Assembly: GCA_965238275.1 (NCBI GenBank)
Contig: OZ250186.1
Coordinates: 1,280,001 to 1,344,000, forward strand
DNA from: Nitrosopumilus sp.
Lineage (GTDB): Archaea; Thermoproteota; Nitrososphaeria; Nitrososphaerales; Nitrosopumilaceae
DNA: 64,000 nt
Reading direction: 5' to 3'
Below are positions 61,459 to 64,000 of this stretch, one piece after another (within the stretch, counting starts at the first letter, position 1; every line of letters begins with the position of its first letter). The position numbers and the translations under genes are program-made. The notes beneath the pieces were generated by a model. That model saw only the letters and a list, made by a program, of their open reading frames with translations, had not been told where the DNA came from and made no database searches.

Positions 61459-62654
61459 TTCCGGCCATCGACTCTGATATAGGAATATCCGTCTACAGCA
61501 CCGGGTTTGGCGGAATCGGGGGAAGAATTCGTGCCAAACCCGAGGATTTTGCAGTCTCCGAGGTGATATCTGCAAGGGCGCAGGAATCAATCCTGGATAC
61601 AGGAGCCTATGCCGTATACCTGCTGAAAAAGAGCAGGATGGATACCCGCCATGCCCTCTCTGACATCCTCAGGAGAAAGGGGATCCGTCTAAAGTCGCTG
61701 GGACTCAAGGACGCGTCTGCGGTGACTGAGCAGACAGTATGCTCCACGAGAAGGGGAACGGCAATTGCAGACTTTGCAACTGACAGATACTCCCTCAAGG
61801 CGGCAGGCTACTCCCCAAGGCCGCTTTCAAGCAGGGACATGACATCAAACCGCTTTACGATAAGGATCACCGGTTGTGCAGACGGGCTGCCCATGTTTGA
61901 CGGGCATGACCGGGTTCTGAATTTTTACGGGTACCAGCGCTTTGGCTCCAGCCGGCCGGTGACCCATCTGATAGGAAAGGCGATCCTGCAGAGGGACTTT
62001 GGCAAGGCCGTCAGGCTGGTACTGGCATTTGTATCCCCGTACGAGTCCAAGAAGGATGATGCCAGGATCCGATGCGAGCTTGCAGACGAGGCAAACTACG
62101 AGAGGATGCTCAGGGAGATTCCGTCCTGGATGGATGTGGAGGGGGCGGTCCTTCGGGAGATGATCCGGCACGGGGATGCCCGCCGCGCAGTACGGGCCAT
62201 TCCGCTGTCCCTGCGCAGGCTCTACGTCCGGGCATACCAGTCATTCATCTTCAACAAGTCCCTGAGCATGGCATGTCTGGACGGGCAGGACCTCTTTGAG
62301 GCGCGGGACGGCGACATATGCTATGATGCAGGCGGAACGATACGGAGGCATGACGGGGGGCAGGGCATGCGCCTGGCCATGCCGTTTGTGGGATATTCCT
62401 ACTACAAAAAGACGAGGTTCGACCCCCAGATATTCATGGTGCTTGACTCCGAGGGGGTTGCCCCCAAGGACTTCTTCATAAAAGAGATGCAGGAGGTAAG
62501 CGACCAGGGAGGGTTCAGGCAGGCGGCCATATGCTGCTCGGACTATCATGCAGATGCCTCCACGGTGGGCTTTTCGCTCTCGCGTGGATCCTTTGCCACG
62601 ATACTGCTGCGCGAGATAATGAAGCCCGAGGATCCGATTGCAGCCGGGTTCTAG
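61455..62654 (+). CDS. truD: tRNA pseudouridine(13) synthase
   Basis: PEDFAVSE, GLKDASAVT, NFYGYQRFG and LSRGSFATILLRE motifs. Confidence 0.95.
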   Translation: MIPAIDSDIGISVYSTGFGGIGGRIRAKPEDFAVSEVISARAQESILDTGAYAVYLLKKSRMDTRHALSDILRRKGIRLKSLGLKDASAVTEQTVCSTRRGTAIADFATDRYSLKAAGYSPRPLSSRDMTSNRFTIRITGCADGLPMFDGHDRVLNFYGYQRFGSSRPVTHLIGKAILQRDFGKAVRLVLAFVSPYESKKDDARIRCELADEANYERMLREIPSWMDVEGAVLREMIRHGDARRAVRAIPLSLRRLYVRAYQSFIFNKSLSMACLDGQDLFEARDGDICYDAGGTIRRHDGGQGMRLAMPFVGYSYYKKTRFDPQIFMVLDSEGVAPKDFFIKEMQEVSDQGGFRQAAICCSDYHADASTVGFSLSRGSFATILLREIMKPEDPIAAGF

Positions 62655-62763
62655 GCAAGCCAACACCAACACCAACACCAACACCATCTCCTGCATGTGC
62701 AACCTGCCTGCACATGTCTGCCATCCTTTAAGTTACCGTACCGTCCTATTAGTAATGATTCCA

Positions 62764-62994
62764 ATGGAAAAGGCATACGTGCTTATCAGCTGTGAGGCAG
62801 GCGAGGAGCATTCCCTGTCATCCCATCTCAGTGAGATTCCGGAGATCCAAAAATGCCTGATAACGTATGGAAGCTACGACCTGGTGGCCGAGATTGTGGC
62901 ACCTGATGCGCTGCAGATGAACTCTGTCATATCCTCGCAGATTCGAATACTCCAGAACATCAAAAGCACCATCACGCTGCGCGTTACAATCTAG
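62764..62994 (+). CDS. Stand-alone Lrp/AsnC ligand-binding domain protein
   Basis: AYVLISCE...TYGSYDLVAEI...IKSTITL. Confidence 0.85.
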   Translation: MEKAYVLISCEAGEEHSLSSHLSEIPEIQKCLITYGSYDLVAEIVAPDALQMNSVISSQIRILQNIKSTITLRVTI

Positions 62995-63190
62995 GATCTG
63001 CCCAAAGGTATCCTGCACCTGCCATGACCGCCCCTGCTATCATGATTCCGATCCCATACCCCACCCACTCCGAACTTGCATACATGAACGACGTCTCCGG
63101 GCCTACAACGGCCATGCCCTGAAGGTGAAAGAGCAGTCCGAATACGACTCCTGCGGCACCTGCAGCCATCAGCATACTTTTCGCACGCAT
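62984..63190 (-). CDS. Small two-TM membrane protein
   Basis: FHLQG..VGPETSFMY motif between two TM segments. Confidence 0.7.
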   Translation of the reverse strand: MRAKSMLMAAGAAGVVFGLLFHLQGMAVVGPETSFMYASSEWVGYGIGIMIAGAVMAGAGYLWADPRL

Positions 63191-63286
63191 AATGCACCGT
63201 TGCACGGCATCCGCTAAAAAGAATTGATAAACTGGGCAAATGATTTTTCGGTTCCCTGTTTAATGACTTTCCTGCAAACATATGAA

Positions 63287-63982
63287 ATGTACAACTGGGA
63301 GAGCCAATCCAGTCACGGCGGCGGCGGCAGTTCTGTGTTTGTGGGACCTGTTCTGTTTGTATCTGCTGCATCCATTGCCATACTGTCGTTTCTGGTATTC
63401 TACCCCCAGATAGAGGCCATCAGCAGGGAGTCCCCGATACTGATCAATCTCATGTTTGTCCCTGCCGTTGCAGTGGGGTTCCTTTACGGGTACAGGATTA
63501 CCGCCCGGGCAGTCAGGCCTTCCGAGTTCCGCAGCCCCCTGAGAAGATCATTTACAAAAATATTCCTGTTCTTTTTTGTAATTGGGGGAATGTTCAGTTC
63601 GGTAAGCTTTGCAATCAACGGGGGCAGCATACTGCCTAACTTTTCAATACTGGAGGAAGGACTCCTGCCGTGGATAAACGAGTTTATCATGGCAAACGGC
63701 GGGGCAACCTTTCTGATTGTCAGCAGCGTTGCCCTGATGGCAGCTGCCAGCAGGCGCATAGTCGGGATGAACCACGGCGTGATGAACAGGTTGGCCACCT
63801 TTGGCGGGACGTTTGTATTCTTTACGATGCTTGCGCTGAGCTTTACAAAGTCTGATCCCACGGCATCTGGCGTATTCCTGTACACGTTTTATCAGGCCGG
63901 AATAGTGGGCGGGGCCCTGTATGAGATGAACAAGCTTACCAAGAACCAGAACATGTTTGAGGACTATTCAAACGGGTTCTGA
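63287..63982 (+). CDS. Hypothetical multi-pass membrane protein
   Basis: About six hydrophobic segments. Confidence 0.75.
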   Translation: MYNWESQSSHGGGGSSVFVGPVLFVSAASIAILSFLVFYPQIEAISRESPILINLMFVPAVAVGFLYGYRITARAVRPSEFRSPLRRSFTKIFLFFFVIGGMFSSVSFAINGGSILPNFSILEEGLLPWINEFIMANGGATFLIVSSVALMAAASRRIVGMNHGVMNRLATFGGTFVFFTMLALSFTKSDPTASGVFLYTFYQAGIVGGALYEMNKLTKNQNMFEDYSNGF

Positions 63983-64000
63983 GGCATCATCATCTGTCAA

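Noticed and set aside
1-64000. tRNA and rRNA genes, and the many antisense or alternative-frame ORFs in the track
   Set aside because: No tRNA or rRNA was recognised by eye (not excluded without tRNAscan or Infernal). The overlapping ORFs are shadows of well-supported genes.

Overview
Archaeal chromosome segment from an ammonia-oxidising archaeon (Nitrosopumilaceae-like). The assignment rests on the thaumarchaeal-type nirK, LysW-dependent arg/lys genes, split MetH, nurA-herA-mre11-rad50, rpo7-spt4, nadA/nadC/aspartate dehydrogenase, cdc48, EF-1beta and TruD. The fairly high GC, many IS relics, pseudogenes and FN3-repeat surface protein suggest a host-associated lineage such as a sponge symbiont (inference). 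Most of 12-64 kb is conserved housekeeping content. The accessory signals are: (1) an intact TnpB nuclease gene with no TnpA, inside a 1530-bp element bounded by 25-bp terminal inverted repeats (TIRs) and a TA duplication, whose ends resemble those of the IS630 element in this window; (2) an 858-bp transposase-less IS1595-type cassette (48-bp TIRs, 8-bp target duplication) carrying one passenger gene; (3) a dead IS630 inserted in a 372-bp FN3 repeat array; (4) a frameshifted, truncated homocitrate-synthase-like gene; (5) a 3.9-kb islet (IS110 relic, long hairpin, solo pstS) that splits lysX from lysY. All calls come from reading the sequence; no database searches were run.
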